The notes under the pieces are model-generated. The model was not told where the DNA came from. It saw only the letters and a program-made list of their open reading frames with translations, and ran no database searches. A program made the position numbers and the translations under genes. A stretch of 64,000 nt of DNA, from NCBI GenBank assembly GCA_030704615.1, contig CM060733.1, positions 17,918,001-17,982,000 on the forward strand, in the 5' to 3' direction. Position 1 is the stretch's first letter; every line of letters begins with the position of its first letter. This document shows, piece after piece, positions 37,769-49,959 of this stretch. The DNA is from Takakia lepidozioides (lineage: Eukaryota; Plantae; Bryophyta).

Positions 37769-39150
37769 TTGAGGGCTTACATGAACTGCTTTGCCTTCAG
37801 TTTGAAGGACTTGGGAGCACTGAAGGGTCAAGAGATTCGCATTAAATTGGCCACTGACATGCCAATCTTTTGGAGACCCTATAGATATAGTGACATGGAG
37901 AGGTCCTTGTTTCAGATGAGGACTCAGGATCTTTGGGAGGCTGGTTTGGTGGAGCTATCTGGTGGAGAGTATGCTTCAGCCACAGTGATATCAGCCAAGA
38001 AGGATGTCTATGGCAATTGGACGGAGAGACGTATGTGCGGTGATTATCGGCCTGTAAATCGTCAGACCAAGTCCGATAGGTATGTCATGCCGACACCAGA
38101 GGAGATCTTTGATGCCATTGGACATGTCAAGGTCTTTAGCACTTTGGATTTACGATCCGGATATCACTAGTTGCCGATCAAGAAGGCGGATAAGCAGAAG
38201 ACGACATTTTGGGGGATCAATGAGCACGGGAAGGACTGCCTATACCAGTGGCGGTTCTTACCATTTGGGCTTAAGAACGCTCCTGCAGAGTTTCAGAGAG
38301 TCATGGACAGGATTCTAGCAGGGGTGGTGTTTGCTCGGTGCTATATAGATGACATCATCATCTTTAGTGCTACGGTGGAGGAGCATGAGAGACACCTTCA
38401 AGTGGTATTTGAGCGCTTGAGGGCGCACGGATTGAAGTTACATCCGGGGAAGTGCAAGTTTTTCCACAACCAAATTGAGTATCTGGGTCACATGATATAT
38501 CCTGGAGGATTGGGGATACAACAGACTAAGGTAGAGGCCATTGCACAGATTCCACGCCCCATGGATGTGAGCCGAGTTCGAGCTTTCATGGGGTTGGCAA
38601 ACTATTATTGACGGTTTGTCAAGGGATTTAGTGCCATTGCAAAAGCTCTAGCCAAGCTGACCAAGGTGGACCAGGAGTAGCAGTGGGAAGATGAACAAGA
38701 ACAAGCTTTTCAAGAGCTCAAGGTGAGGTTGACCTCGGCGCCCATTTTGAGATGACCTATCAGGGGGCGTCCTTTTCAGCTGCATACAGATTGGAGCATG
38801 CTGGGGCTTGGAGCGGTGCTCACACAGGTGGATGATGAGGGAAGAGAGTTTGTAGTGGCTTATGCTAGCCGCTCGAACAACGTTGCAGAGGCTAAGTATA
38901 GCTCATATGAGGGAGAGTGCTTGGCTACAGTGTGGGCCGTGGCACATTTCAGGTGCAATCTATACGGCAATCTCTTTACCCTTGTCACGGATCACTAGCC
39001 ACTCAAGTGGTTGATGGAGTTAGACAAGCTTACGGGGAAACTTGCACGATGGGCACTCATACTTCAAGAGTATGACTTTTAGGTTGTGCATCAACCGGGT
39101 TTGGTCAATCGGGATGCGGATGGGTTGAGTCGCAATCCATGCACGAGCCA
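37769..39150 (+). pseudogene. Gypsy reverse transcriptase and RNase H
   Basis: RT: RMCGDYRPVN, LDLRSGYH, LPFGLKNAP, YIDDII. RNase H: LHTDWS..GLGAVL, YSSYEGECLA, VTDH, DADGLSR. Confidence 0.97.
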
Positions 39151-39479
39151 GCATGATGACATTGGAGCTCGGTGGCATGGCGAGACGGACGAGGAGATGG
39201 TGCCCGGATGGCATGCATCTGCATTTCTATGTATCTTGGCAGCGGAAGGCCAGGTTGGACCTACAATAGGGATGACTGTAGACCGAGTGTCTGAGGACCC
39301 TGAGGCCAGCAATGAGCAAGGTGACACCAAAGATATACATGAGGATTCAGCTGTGTCGGACTATCTCCGCACTGGAGACACGGCAGCCACTGTGACTGCC
39401 AAGGAGAGGGATCGGATCCTACAACGAGCCAAAAGGTTCAAGTGGGAGGGGACACACCTGCTCCGAGTGTGGGAGGATG

Positions 39480-40580
39480 GTCGAGTGAGGATTGTACCTC
39501 ACCCAACACAACGGGCACGGTTAGTGCGGCATGCCCATGAGGAGTTGGGGTATTTTGGGGTGCGACGCACTCATAGTCTACTGCAGGGGCAGTATTGGTG
39601 GCATGGTATGCACACAGAGGTGCAACAATTTGTGGCTAGGTGCATGGTGTGTGACAGGGTGCGTGCTTCATTCAACGCTCCTACACCACAATTGCACCCT
39701 CTTCCGATTATGGGATTGGGCTACAGGTGGAGTCTTGACTTCGCAGGGCCGTTGCCACTGACCATGCGCCACAACAAGTACGTGTTGGTGATGGTGGAGC
39801 ACTTCTTCAAGTGGATCGAGTTGGTTCCATTGCCTGATAAGGCTAGTGAGGGAGCTGCGTATGCATTTTTGGATCGTGTACTTAACCGATTCGGTGCTCC
39901 AGCTGAGGTACTCACGGATCAAGGGAGAGAGTTCTTGGGGGAGTTTCAGGCGTTGTGTGACAAGGCCTTGATAGACCACTGCACCACTTCTCGAGATCAT
40001 CCTGAGGCCGATGGCTTGGCAGAGACAGTTGTGCAAACGGTTAAGAGAGGATTGCGCAAGTATGGTTTGCAGAAGGGGCACCTAGGAGATTAGGACCTTC
40101 AGCTACCTTGGTTGGCCATGGGCTACAGGTTTAGCAAGCAAGCATCACTTGCCTCGTTCTCACCTTATTTCCTTCTCTTTGGCCGAGAGCCAGACTTGCC
40201 TACATCTATTCGTAGGGAGGCTGCAATAGTCCTCAATCTTGACGATCCAGACGTGTGGGCACGTGCATGTGGTCAACGCGCGGAGTTGTTTAAGAAAGTC
40301 ATGCCCATGGCTTTCGAGAATCTTGGCATTGCACAACATCGTGATACGTTGAGGTATGCTACCATACGTGGTGGGGGCTATCGTCCTGGGGTTTGGAGAT
40401 TTCACCCTGGTGACTATGTTTATCTGTAGCAAACTGCTCCAACGACCCTGGATGTGACTGCAGGACGTGTTATTTTGAGGATTCGAGAGGTATTGCCCTC
40501 AGGCGTCTTGATCTTGGAGGGTCGGGATGGCATGACTTGGAAGGACCATGTGCGTAATTGAGCGCCATGTCACCTTCCGA
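39480..40580 (+). pseudogene. Gypsy integrase
   Basis: HHCC region HAHEELG(Y)FG...CMVC; DDE core WSLDFAGP, LTDQGREF, ADGLAE. Confidence 0.95.
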
Positions 40581-40633
40581 ATGTCGATGGCAGGATTGAC
40601 CCAAACCTGGCAGTGGTACTTGCAAGTTTGAGG

Positions 40634-40778
40634 TGTATGTTGTGTGGGTCTGCTAGAGGGGCAGCCACCATGCTGGTGTGTGATCAATGCTCTAGAGGTT
40701 GGCATAATGGGATGCTTGACTCCACCTCTTGAGATGGTTCCTAATGGGGATTGGTTATATCTGCATTGCATTGGATAG
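40634..40778 (+). pseudogene. PHD finger at the integrase C-terminus
   Basis: CMLCGSARGAATMLVCDQCSRGWH[frameshift]MGCLTPPLEMVPNGDWL(Y)LHC matches the C4-H-C3 PHD pattern with the conserved P-x-G-x-W; one Cys is TGT>TAT. Confidence 0.85.
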
Positions 40779-42528
40779 TGGGAGTGGATACAACCATGGA
40801 ATGCTAACAAGAAATGCAAGGCCAAGTTACTAGGAAACCAACACACGAGATCCTGGCTCAAGTTCACAGATTGCAAGACGGCGACTAACGATGGGGCTGC
40901 TCTTGTACCCGGCCACTTGTCTATAGAGTTTGAGTACAATAGGGACAGTGATAGAGGACTTAGTACGGCTGTGGCTATTACATCTTGTAGCTATCTGGAG
41001 TTAGAGGGACCTAACCACCAGCTAGGGGGGCGATTGTGGCAGACTACTTTATTGTGCATATATGTGTGGTGTGGTTTGGACAACGATGTAGCTGTGTAGC
41101 GATACGTATGCGCACGACAGCTGTCAAGTTAAATAAACACAGTGTGAAACTAACTAGAATAAATCTAGTTATTTGTATTTAACACTTGGAATTAGTTCAA
41201 GTGTTAAGTCAAGTGTCAAGTTTAGCTTGACACCTGAACCATCTTATCTTCACGAGCTCGTCAGTTGTGCGGCTCATCTCTCTCGAGTTGAGCCTGCACG
41301 ACCGAGCTGCCTCGTTGCTTAGCATCTGAGAGTACTTATGGAGGGAGAGTAGGATGTTGTGGGGTGGAGTCCCTATAGCTTGGGGTGCCCCTGGCTCGAC
41401 TCTTATTTTAACGAGTGATTGTATTGTATTTCGTGTTTTTGTGTCAACAGACAGTGTGAGTTTAGTTTTCATTTCATTGTGGCAGACTACTTTATTGTGC
41501 ATATATGTGTGGTGTGGTTTGGACAACGATGTAGTTGTGTAGCGATACGTATGCGCATGACAACAAACTTCCAAAGGAATCCAGAGATCTTAGCTGCTCT
41601 ATTCTTCCGCCACACATCTTTCCAGACAACAGACCAGTTAGCAGGCAAGATAGGCACATGCGCCCATTTTAAATTCCACTTGGCATTGAAAACAACAGGC
41701 AGTCCAAAGAGAGTGTAACTCAGCTTAACCGAATACGCAAAGAATAGCTTGTATAAGGAGACATCCAAGCCATTCTGCCAGGTCGGATTGAAGGAGCTGC
41801 AGAGAAGTAGAAAGAAATCAGGTAAAATAATCATCATAATGAAGGATGTTGGCTGGCGGGATGGGGCTACACTAACCAATGTTCCTGCAGAAAACACGAA
41901 TAGCATACAGGCTAGTCTCATAAGCAGAAGAAAAACAGGGCCTGAGGAGAGTACCATCCAAAGACACATTGAACTTCCACCCAATAAAGGAATTCGAGGA
42001 ACGAGAGATGGCATAGAAGGCAAATGGAACGGAGCCCGAACCCGATGACTCCAGATCAGAACCTCCCATCCAAACCGAGAGAGAACGCAGGGCAGCAGGG
42101 AAGGAGCAGATGTTAGACCAGCGAGATGGGATCTGATTTCACAGTAAGTTGCCAGGCAGTGGCTCTTCTTGATGAGAGAGAAGCGGAAACAAGATCGCAG
42201 GGCAGAAAGGTTCCAAAGTCCTATATATGATAGAAGTGCGAGACCACGGCCTGCTCCCAGTTGGCCCATCTCTTAGAGCAAGTCAGAAGATCCCCAGAGT
42301 CCACATTGTAATTCCCAAATCAGGGTTGCTGCCCAGTTGCTGAAGGACCTCCTCCACTGTCGAAGGTGTGGATTGGAAAAGCAAAGGTCGCATACGAAGC
42401 CAGGCAGTCAAAATTGACTGCCAAATTTTGGAACCCAAAGGCTTAGCTCTGGAGGTTCTGGCACCCTACACGATCCATCTTAGAGACTGAGGCCAGACAC
42501 CAGACGAAGGGGTGGCATCAAGCACGTG

Positions 42529-43455
42529 CACTACAGGAAAAAGGGAGGGTTGCGACGCCTACCCCCCGTGGCCCCTCTCCCATGCGACGCCCTGGGTGTC
42601 GCAACAATACTCCAAAATCCACTTTTATGTGGATTTTGGCCAAGTCCTTGATTGCGACGCCTGAGGCGTCGCTGGACAATTTTTTATTTATTTTTAAATA
42701 TCGCAGCCCAGCTGCGACATCCTAGGCGTCGCATCACAAAAAAAAAAAAAAAAAAAAAAAAAAACTTCGCATTTTTAATGCGACGCCCTGGGTGTCACAA
42801 AAATGTCGCATCAAGCACCCCAGGAGGGAAATTAAAAAATTAAAAAATTAATTATTATTTTAAAAAAAATCGCATTTTAATGCGACGCCTTGGATCAAGT
42901 CATTTTTTAGCAACGCCTAGGGCGTCGCATTTGAGTTTTTTTTTGTTCATAAGTCATTTGTAGCGACGCCTCATTTCTAGCGTCGCTACAAATGACTTGA
43001 TCATTTTTTGGTTTCTAGAGTAGAGGGTGCAGGAAAAGCGACGTCTCTGGCGTCACTTACATTTGAGCGACGCGAGGAGTGTCGCTTTGAGGTCGCGACG
43101 AGCAACGCTCGCATCAACTACCTTATGTATAATTAAAGCATGAGTTTGTGTGTAAGTTTGGTAAGTGATATGTTGGTTAGTATGAAGTGTTTTACTATGT
43201 GTATAATCTAGAGGTTTTGAGTTCAAATTTGTCTAGCAATATGTTGAATAATCAATATGTGTCGTATGTTGAAGGGTTAGGTTTCACACTACATGGCTAA
43301 TGTGTGTCTCGCCATTTTTTGAACCATGCACAATCCCGTTTTTTTTTTAAACCATGTGGATCCCGCCATTTTTTAAAATTCAAAATTCAAAAAAACCGCA
43401 AATGCGACGCCCGGGGCATCGCTCCCAAACAGCAACCCCTAGGGCGTCGCATTTT

Positions 43456-43488
<33 letters not shown>

Positions 43489-43670
43489 GGTGCCTGTATG
43501 ACCATTATGCAACGTCCGGAGCGTCACATTAAGTCTTACATTCTGCGACGTCACCATAGCGATGCATCAGGCGTCGCAGATTTGCGATTTCCGCGGAGCC
43601 GGAAAATCGCCATTAGTGACGCCAGGGGCGTCACTAGAGCGTCGTTAACCCCCCCCCAAATGGTGTAGTG
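42529..43670. mobile_element. Non-autonomous CACTA element
   Basis: Termini CACTACA...TGTAGTG, perfect 3-bp TSD gtg/gtg, subterminal GCGACGCC/GGCGTCGC repeats at both ends. Confidence 0.95.
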
Positions 43671-45238
43671 GTGATTCCTAACCAAAACTTCAAGTGACGA
43701 GAGATTAGTTAGCATTCTAGGGATCTACTTAGCAAGAAGGAAGATAACATGCGCTAGAGGGTCAATAATACCTAACCCCCCATCCTTCTTCTTTTGAGTG
43801 ATCTGTTCCCAACTGACTAAGGCTCTCCTGGAGGGGGAGGCTGGGGTAGCCCCCCAGATAAAGTTCCTAACTAGGGACTTTATTTGATTGATAATCGAGG
43901 AGCCCGCGGACCACACTGAGGTTGTAAACCAAATAGAGGCCAATAGAACTAGATTAGCGACAAGAGTTCTTTCCACTCCAATAGCTTAGCTTCCTTTTGA
44001 GTTTGAGGATGATAGCCTCATAATGAAGTTGATCTAAAATCCCATGGCCAATCATATGACTCAAAATATTATGAGCTTGCCCATCTTGGAGCCATCGGAG
44101 CCCCAGATCTTGACCCCACGGAGCAGAGTGAGAAGCGGAGGCCAGAGATTTGATCTTCAAGAGGATTGCAACTGTTCTTTCCAAATAAACCTCAAGTCCA
44201 GAGGCAGAATAGAACAAATTGAGAGCTTGAAGAGCAGCAGCTACGTTGCAAGATGAGGAGTTACCAATAAGAAACACAGTGTCATCTGCGTACATAAAAG
44301 CCTTAATGCTGGAGGGGGAGGGCAACGAACGGGGGATTTTCAAACCTTGAATAGTCGAGTTAGATTGAAGCAAGTGACCAAGAGCATTAGCTGCCAAAAG
44401 GAAGAGAAAAGGTGCCAAATTGGGCTTGCTAGAGGCCGAAGAAATGAGGATTTTGACCCAAGAAAGGAAAAAAACGAGCCAAACCCAATTTAGCTATGAC
44501 ACCCAAAAGGAAAGCATTCTCAAAATCCAACATAAGTAAGGCAAGGGGTTGATCCGTCTCGTAAGCGTGATGCAAGGCCTCAATGGAAAGGAGATGTTAT
44601 CAAGCTGAATCAACATAATTTTTATGAACCCTGTCTAATCAGGACGAACAAGCTTGCGGAGAAGAGGTTGAAGCCTCATCGCCAGAGATTTAGCTATGAT
44701 CTTATAAGTGGAAGAAGAGTAATAGGCCTATAATTGGTGATGAGATCTCGATCACCTTTTTTGAAGATAAGCACAATAACACCTTGGGACACCTGATAGG
44801 GCATAATTCCTTTAGCCGTGACATCATTAGCCATATGCAGAAAATCCTCCCCAACATGCTCCCATAACGATTTAATAAAACTCATCAGGAAGCCCATCCA
44901 GACCCGGGGATTTAAGGGAGGCGAGAGCCTCAGTGGCTTCCATCAATTCCAAGGCAGTGAAAGGAGCATAAAGAGACTAGCAATCTTCTTTGGAAAGAAT
45001 ACTGGGAGAGAATCCAGTACAGGAGACATATTGGATGACGAATTAGCAGAGATAGACGGAGGGGAAAAAATATCCGAAAAGTAGGAAGCGGCGAGGGAGG
45101 CCAACAATTTTGGATTAGTTTGGGGAACATTTATCCGGTCCAGCAGGGAACAGATGGATGTATCTGCTCGTCGTTGTTTCGCCTTATGGAAAAAGTAAGT
45201 AGTCATCTTTTCGCCTTGTAATTAGGACCAATTCACAC

Positions 45239-45524
45239 CAATGGTTTTTTTTTCAAATTTGGAAAAGAACAAGAGTGGCTACTGATTTTTGCAAGAAATA
45301 GCCATATTTTCTGTCCATCCACTGAAATTTGGATAGAATCATCCACCTCTGTACTTTCATCCATGTATATCATCCGTATTTGGCGAATTCATCCTAGATT
45401 TATAATGTTATTTGGAGAAGTTTGGCGATTTCATCCATGAGAAAACATGGAATTTACGGCATAATATTTTATTTTATTTTTGAGGTCGAAAAAGTGCAAA
45501 ATTTCGCAAGAAATAAAACCACTG
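45239..45524. mobile_element. hAT MITE
   Basis: TIR CAATGGTTTT / AAAACCACTG; 8-bp TSD attcacac / gttcacac; splits the LINE motif KAGVNWS. Confidence 0.88.
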
Positions 45525-46559
45525 GTTCACACCTGCCTTTCATTTTAAGTTTAGCTCATAATTAGTAGCCCAAAGCTCACACAGCTCCCTCCTAGCAGAA
45601 TGGAAAGATTGTATGGTGACTGGCCCAACCAAGTTGGATTCAATTTTCCATTGACAATGAGCAATGCATTTAAGCAACTATTCTCATTTGGCTACTAACC
45701 AAAAAATAGCGATTCAATTTTTTTCAGGTAATAATCTTTAACCTATATAATAATCATTTATCATTTATTGGCCCGGCCTTTCTAAGGCAGGACTACGCAA
45801 AGGGTTCAGCTGCTTAATGCTACTTTAGCGCCGATACTTTCGATTACACTTCCAATTCGATCGAGACAGTTGCCACCAGAATATTCTGTCCGTATTTTTA
45901 ATGAATGACATCCCCTGGATAAATAGTTCAAGGTCATAACCAGTTTGTTTGGTCTTTAGGTCTGGAGTTCAACTTCTATGGATTACCCTACGTGCTACCT
46001 GGGTGATTCAGGGCTCAAATCCTGTTACCGCAATATTTATTGATAAACACGGTGTGATCTTCTAGATTTTTACTATCTATTCATAATTACGAGAGGGCAG
46101 GGCTTGCATGAATTGCATGCATTTGTTTAGTAATATCAACGATATGTTACTCCTACAGATATTGATGCCACAAAAAAAGAAAAACGAAATAAAGATGCCA
46201 CGTAACAGACCAACATATCTTGGTCCCTAAATGCATATTAAATACTAAAGTTGGTGGGTGTGTGTGGAAGGCCTTGGACCAAGACCAAGAAAATTTAAAT
46301 GAGATGTGTCACTTTCTATCACCTTCATCTTTCCTACTTGACATTCGAAATTGATTCTAACTTACGTTTGCACTAAATTTATTTGAGAAAAATAGACTTC
46401 AATGTTTCCATATTTGGTCTAGGGTCCAAGAATTGGTCCTCCAACCTTTCTTGGTCCCTAGGCCAACAATCTCCCCCTACAATCAAACCGTAATCTTGCT
46501 ATGTCATTCGGTCTTCGTCTGTAGGGTAAAAGCCAATATGACAAAGAACAAAATAACTA

Positions 46560-48598
46560 GAACATGAGGCCATGAGGCTTACATCTTTGTAGATCGGGTA
46601 ACACCTAGACCAGCCACCAAAGGCAAGCTTTAAAGCATCTACCAAATTGAAGGCATGCTTCAGGAGAAAAAATAATAGCTAAGACTAATGATAGAGTGTT
46701 CCAAGACTAAGCTGCAGCCTACCTCGAAGCCTAAAAACCAGAGCCAAACTGAAAGCTTAGGGGGAACTGAAGCTATTCCAGAAGCTAACAGAAGATCAAG
46801 CTACCATCCTTGCAACCTACTGAGTTGAATAAGAAGGAGAGTAATAAGAACTCAGTTTGGGAGATCGAGTTTGAGTGCTTAGCAAGAAAGCTTCCACCAA
46901 AGCAAGGTAAACATCAGCAAAAATAAAGGGAAGCAAGCCTCTTAAAATGGCTTGCCAAAAAAATAAAGGCATAACCGAGATCAACCAAAGTCAATTAGAT
47001 GCTTAAAAGTTCAAGTGAGCTCTAGCATTTGATTCCCGACTTTTGTGGTGTTGCCAATTGGCATCCTGCTCTTCCACCTCCGTAGGAAAAGCCCAATGGT
47101 TGGGGAGTCACTACACTACAACACCACTTTTTACACCTGCAGGTGTAAAAAAAGCCACCTGCTCACACTCCCCTGGATGTAAGGTAAATCGTGTCGAGAT
47201 TCCGCCACCCTGTAGAAAAAGCCAGTGGTGTCGAAAAAGCCATCTTATACCCATCTACACCTTGACGTGGCGCTCGGCCTGTCTGGTTTTTTTGACATGG
47301 TTTTTTTTACACCCGTTTTGACTGATTTTTCTTACGTCCGTTTCGACTAGATTTTTTGACGGCTAATCTTACACCCTGCTTGACAATGTGGCGAATTCAA
47401 AATCCAAATTCAAAATCAAATTCAAATTTTAAAGTTTAAATTTTGGCGGTTTAAAATTATGCGTTGACCGTTGACCATTAACCGTTGACCCCGCCCCATC
47501 CCAGGTCAACGGTTGACCGCACACCATCCCACACATTACTACACAATACACACTTGAATCTAAGACCTCCTCATTATAACATCACTAAGTCACTATACAT
47601 TAACCAACACACTTATTACATATACATGCACAACATAAGTGGTTTGATTGTATATAAACATAACAAACTTTGCCCTACCAATGTGGCATAATCCACACTA
47701 GTGTAAAATAAGCCCAGTAACCTTTCTCACACCATGTCTAGTCAGCATGCCACCTCTGAGTTCCTTAATCGACGTGTACTACCAATGTGACATAATTTAT
47801 ACTAGTGTAAAATAAGCCCAGTAACATTTCTCACACCATGTATAGTCAGTATGCCACATTATATAGTTCCACCCCATTGTGTGGATTAACTTATACTATA
47901 TGGCTCATTCTCACATCGGTGTGAGATAAGCCTTGTACATTGTTGGACATCTTCTCGGTAAAAAACCGTTGACCACAGAAGGTGTAAGCTTGTTGTAGAC
48001 TAATCTACACGAAACGGCTTTTCTTACACTGACTCATTCTACACCATCGAATTTTTACAGGGGTGTAAAATTTTGTGTAAGAAAAGCCAGGTGTGAACTA
48101 CATTTGTTGTAAAAAAAGCCAGGATCTCTTGTAGTGCCAGTTGACTTGACTGGAGGTCCGGATGCCCAGTGAACTTTGCCCCTATCTTTGACATAGAAGT
48201 CTTGATTTCTCCCATTCGACATCGAACTGCTAGAGAAGGGAATGTGAACTGTGACCAACAGCATCCCCTACATTTTGCGACCCTCTACGAATAGGTCAAA
48301 AAAGATAGAGACTAAGCAAGCTTTGGAACATAAGGACTTTTAGTCAAATATGAAAGCACAGCGAGCTTTCCAGATGTGTCAAACTTGACAAGATGGCCAG
48401 AATGACAAGGATGAGGTGTTGAGAAGAGTAAGCAGATGGTCCCTACAATCAAAAGAGTGCCAAGCCACATACAAATAATGTATTTTGGACCAAATGAAGT
48501 AAATAAGGGACATGCTAGAAAACAATGCAAATATGTTTCAATATTCCCATAGGAACATGACATGCAGATTTTGTCAAGAGGTAATTGAGAGTATATAC
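46560..48598 (-). mobile_element. Old LINE 3' remnant interrupted by a CACTA element
   Basis: zf-RVT-like CMSCSYGNIETYLHCFLACP in ORF 48312..48638. The extent to the left is approximate. Confidence 0.6.
47114..48136. mobile_element. Non-autonomous CACTA element
   Basis: CACTACAA...TTGTAGTG termini; degenerate TSD cta/cca; subterminal TACACC/GGTGTA repeats; internal ~100-bp tandem duplication (~47695-47860). Confidence 0.85.
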
Positions 48599-48830
48599 CA
48601 GTGTTGGACAGGAATATAAGGTCAGGCCGGTGTATCAACCCGGTGCAACTGTGGTATTAAAGAACCGACCCCACTTGTATCACTTGGGTTAAAAACATCA
48701 CGAGTTACCCCTGGCATTGGCATTTGCAATACCTAGTTTAATACCCTATCTGGCAAAGACAATATCCGGGCAACACCTATATTAGGAAGAAAAAGAAAGA
48801 CGATGCACATGGTATTGGTATCAACCAATG
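48599..48830. mobile_element. hAT MITE remnant
   Basis: Begins CAGTGTTGGACAGG, resembling the 21634 TIR; right end uncertain. Confidence 0.45.
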
Positions 48831-49039
48831 TTGGGCAAGTGTAGATCCAGCCCACTACCTATTCTTTACTATTTCACACAACATGCCACACCTTGCAGAC
48901 CTTGTCTCCTTCATCAAGAGTTTTTTTCTGTTCAAACTAAAAATTCCTGCATTGCAGATTTGCCCATGTTGGACAATGAGACTTTGAACCAATTTCCCAC
49001 TTGGTTTGACAAAATATGCATATGCATGTATGTTGAGAT

Positions 49040-49155
49040 CAACGTCTTTTTGTATTGGCGAATTTTCGCCAGATTCGACCTCAAAAAATAAAATGGAATA
49101 TTCTGTCGTAAATTCCCTATTTTTTCACGGATGAAATCGCCAAACTTTTCCACTC
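49040..49155 (-). mobile_element. MITE fragment related to 45239-45524, in inverted orientation
   Basis: ttcgacctcaaaaaataaaat...ggatgaaatcgccaaactt is the reverse complement of ~45415-45490. Confidence 0.75.
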
Positions 49156-49959
49156 CTCTTAGATTCTTGGACTATTTCCTCTTGTGTAGCTGGAGTTTGT
49201 TAACTGGTTTGGGGGAAGGCTTTGCAAGGTAATTGTTTCTTTGCCTTTTTAATCTGATGGCTGTCCCGTTCTTGAAAATGAAAAATAAACATCGGAAAAA
49301 TATTTAGAAAAAATCAGATAATATAGGTAGACTAGATTATATCTCATAAAATGTTAAATATCATTTAGAGAGAAAACAGACCTGCGGCCATTCACATCCT
49401 TGAAGTCAACCAGACTGAGAGCACACTGCTCTCAGGAGACAAATATTATCAGTTGCTCTAAAATGCTGACCCTCACATCACTCCACGACCAAGTTGCTGA
49501 TCCCCCAGCAACAATTTTTCAATAAGATCTGTACTTAACAAAACCGAGGTTATATTTTACTGTCACTAAAATAATAAAACATTAAAGTCATGAGTTTTTT
49601 TTAAAAATGAGTTCATGTAATTTACGACAAAATGTGAGGTCATGTTTTCCTCATTATTGTTTTTTCAGCCTATCTCAGGCCTTGTTGCAAAATTTAAAAA
49701 TAAAAAATTGAGCTCAACATTATTTTTGTAGCAGAGCATTCAAGACATATTACAAGAATTAGAGAACATGAGCTCTCCCCAATTGATATTAGGCTGGGTT
49801 CGTCCCCCCCCCCATTGTTGGTGTGTTTGCTTCATGGCCCCACGTTGTTTTTTTTTTTTTGAATTTTTGAATTTAAATTTTTTCCCTTATCAGGGCTACT
49901 TCCCCTCTTTATATATATATACATTAGGGCACTGGAAATCAATTACCTGATAGAGGAGC

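Larger units (their letters stand above)
29259..41565 (+). mobile_element. Ty3/Gypsy LTR retrotransposon with DNMT and PHD domains (gag-PR-DNMT-RT-RH-INT-PHD), decayed
   Basis: Shared LTR block 29275-29619 = 41121-41477. Degenerate tRNA-Met PBS TAGTACTAGAGCC (33464-33476). PPT TAGGGGGGCGAT precedes TGTGGCAG (41035). PR-RT-RH-INT order is Gypsy-type. Confidence 0.93.
41565..45560 (-). mobile_element. Remainder of the L1/Tx1-like LINE ORF2 (RT), interrupted by a CACTA element and a hAT MITE
   Basis: KISGFLWK; VRNFIWG; FMYADDTV; NYRPITLL; KMTTYFFHKAKQR. Confidence 0.9.
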
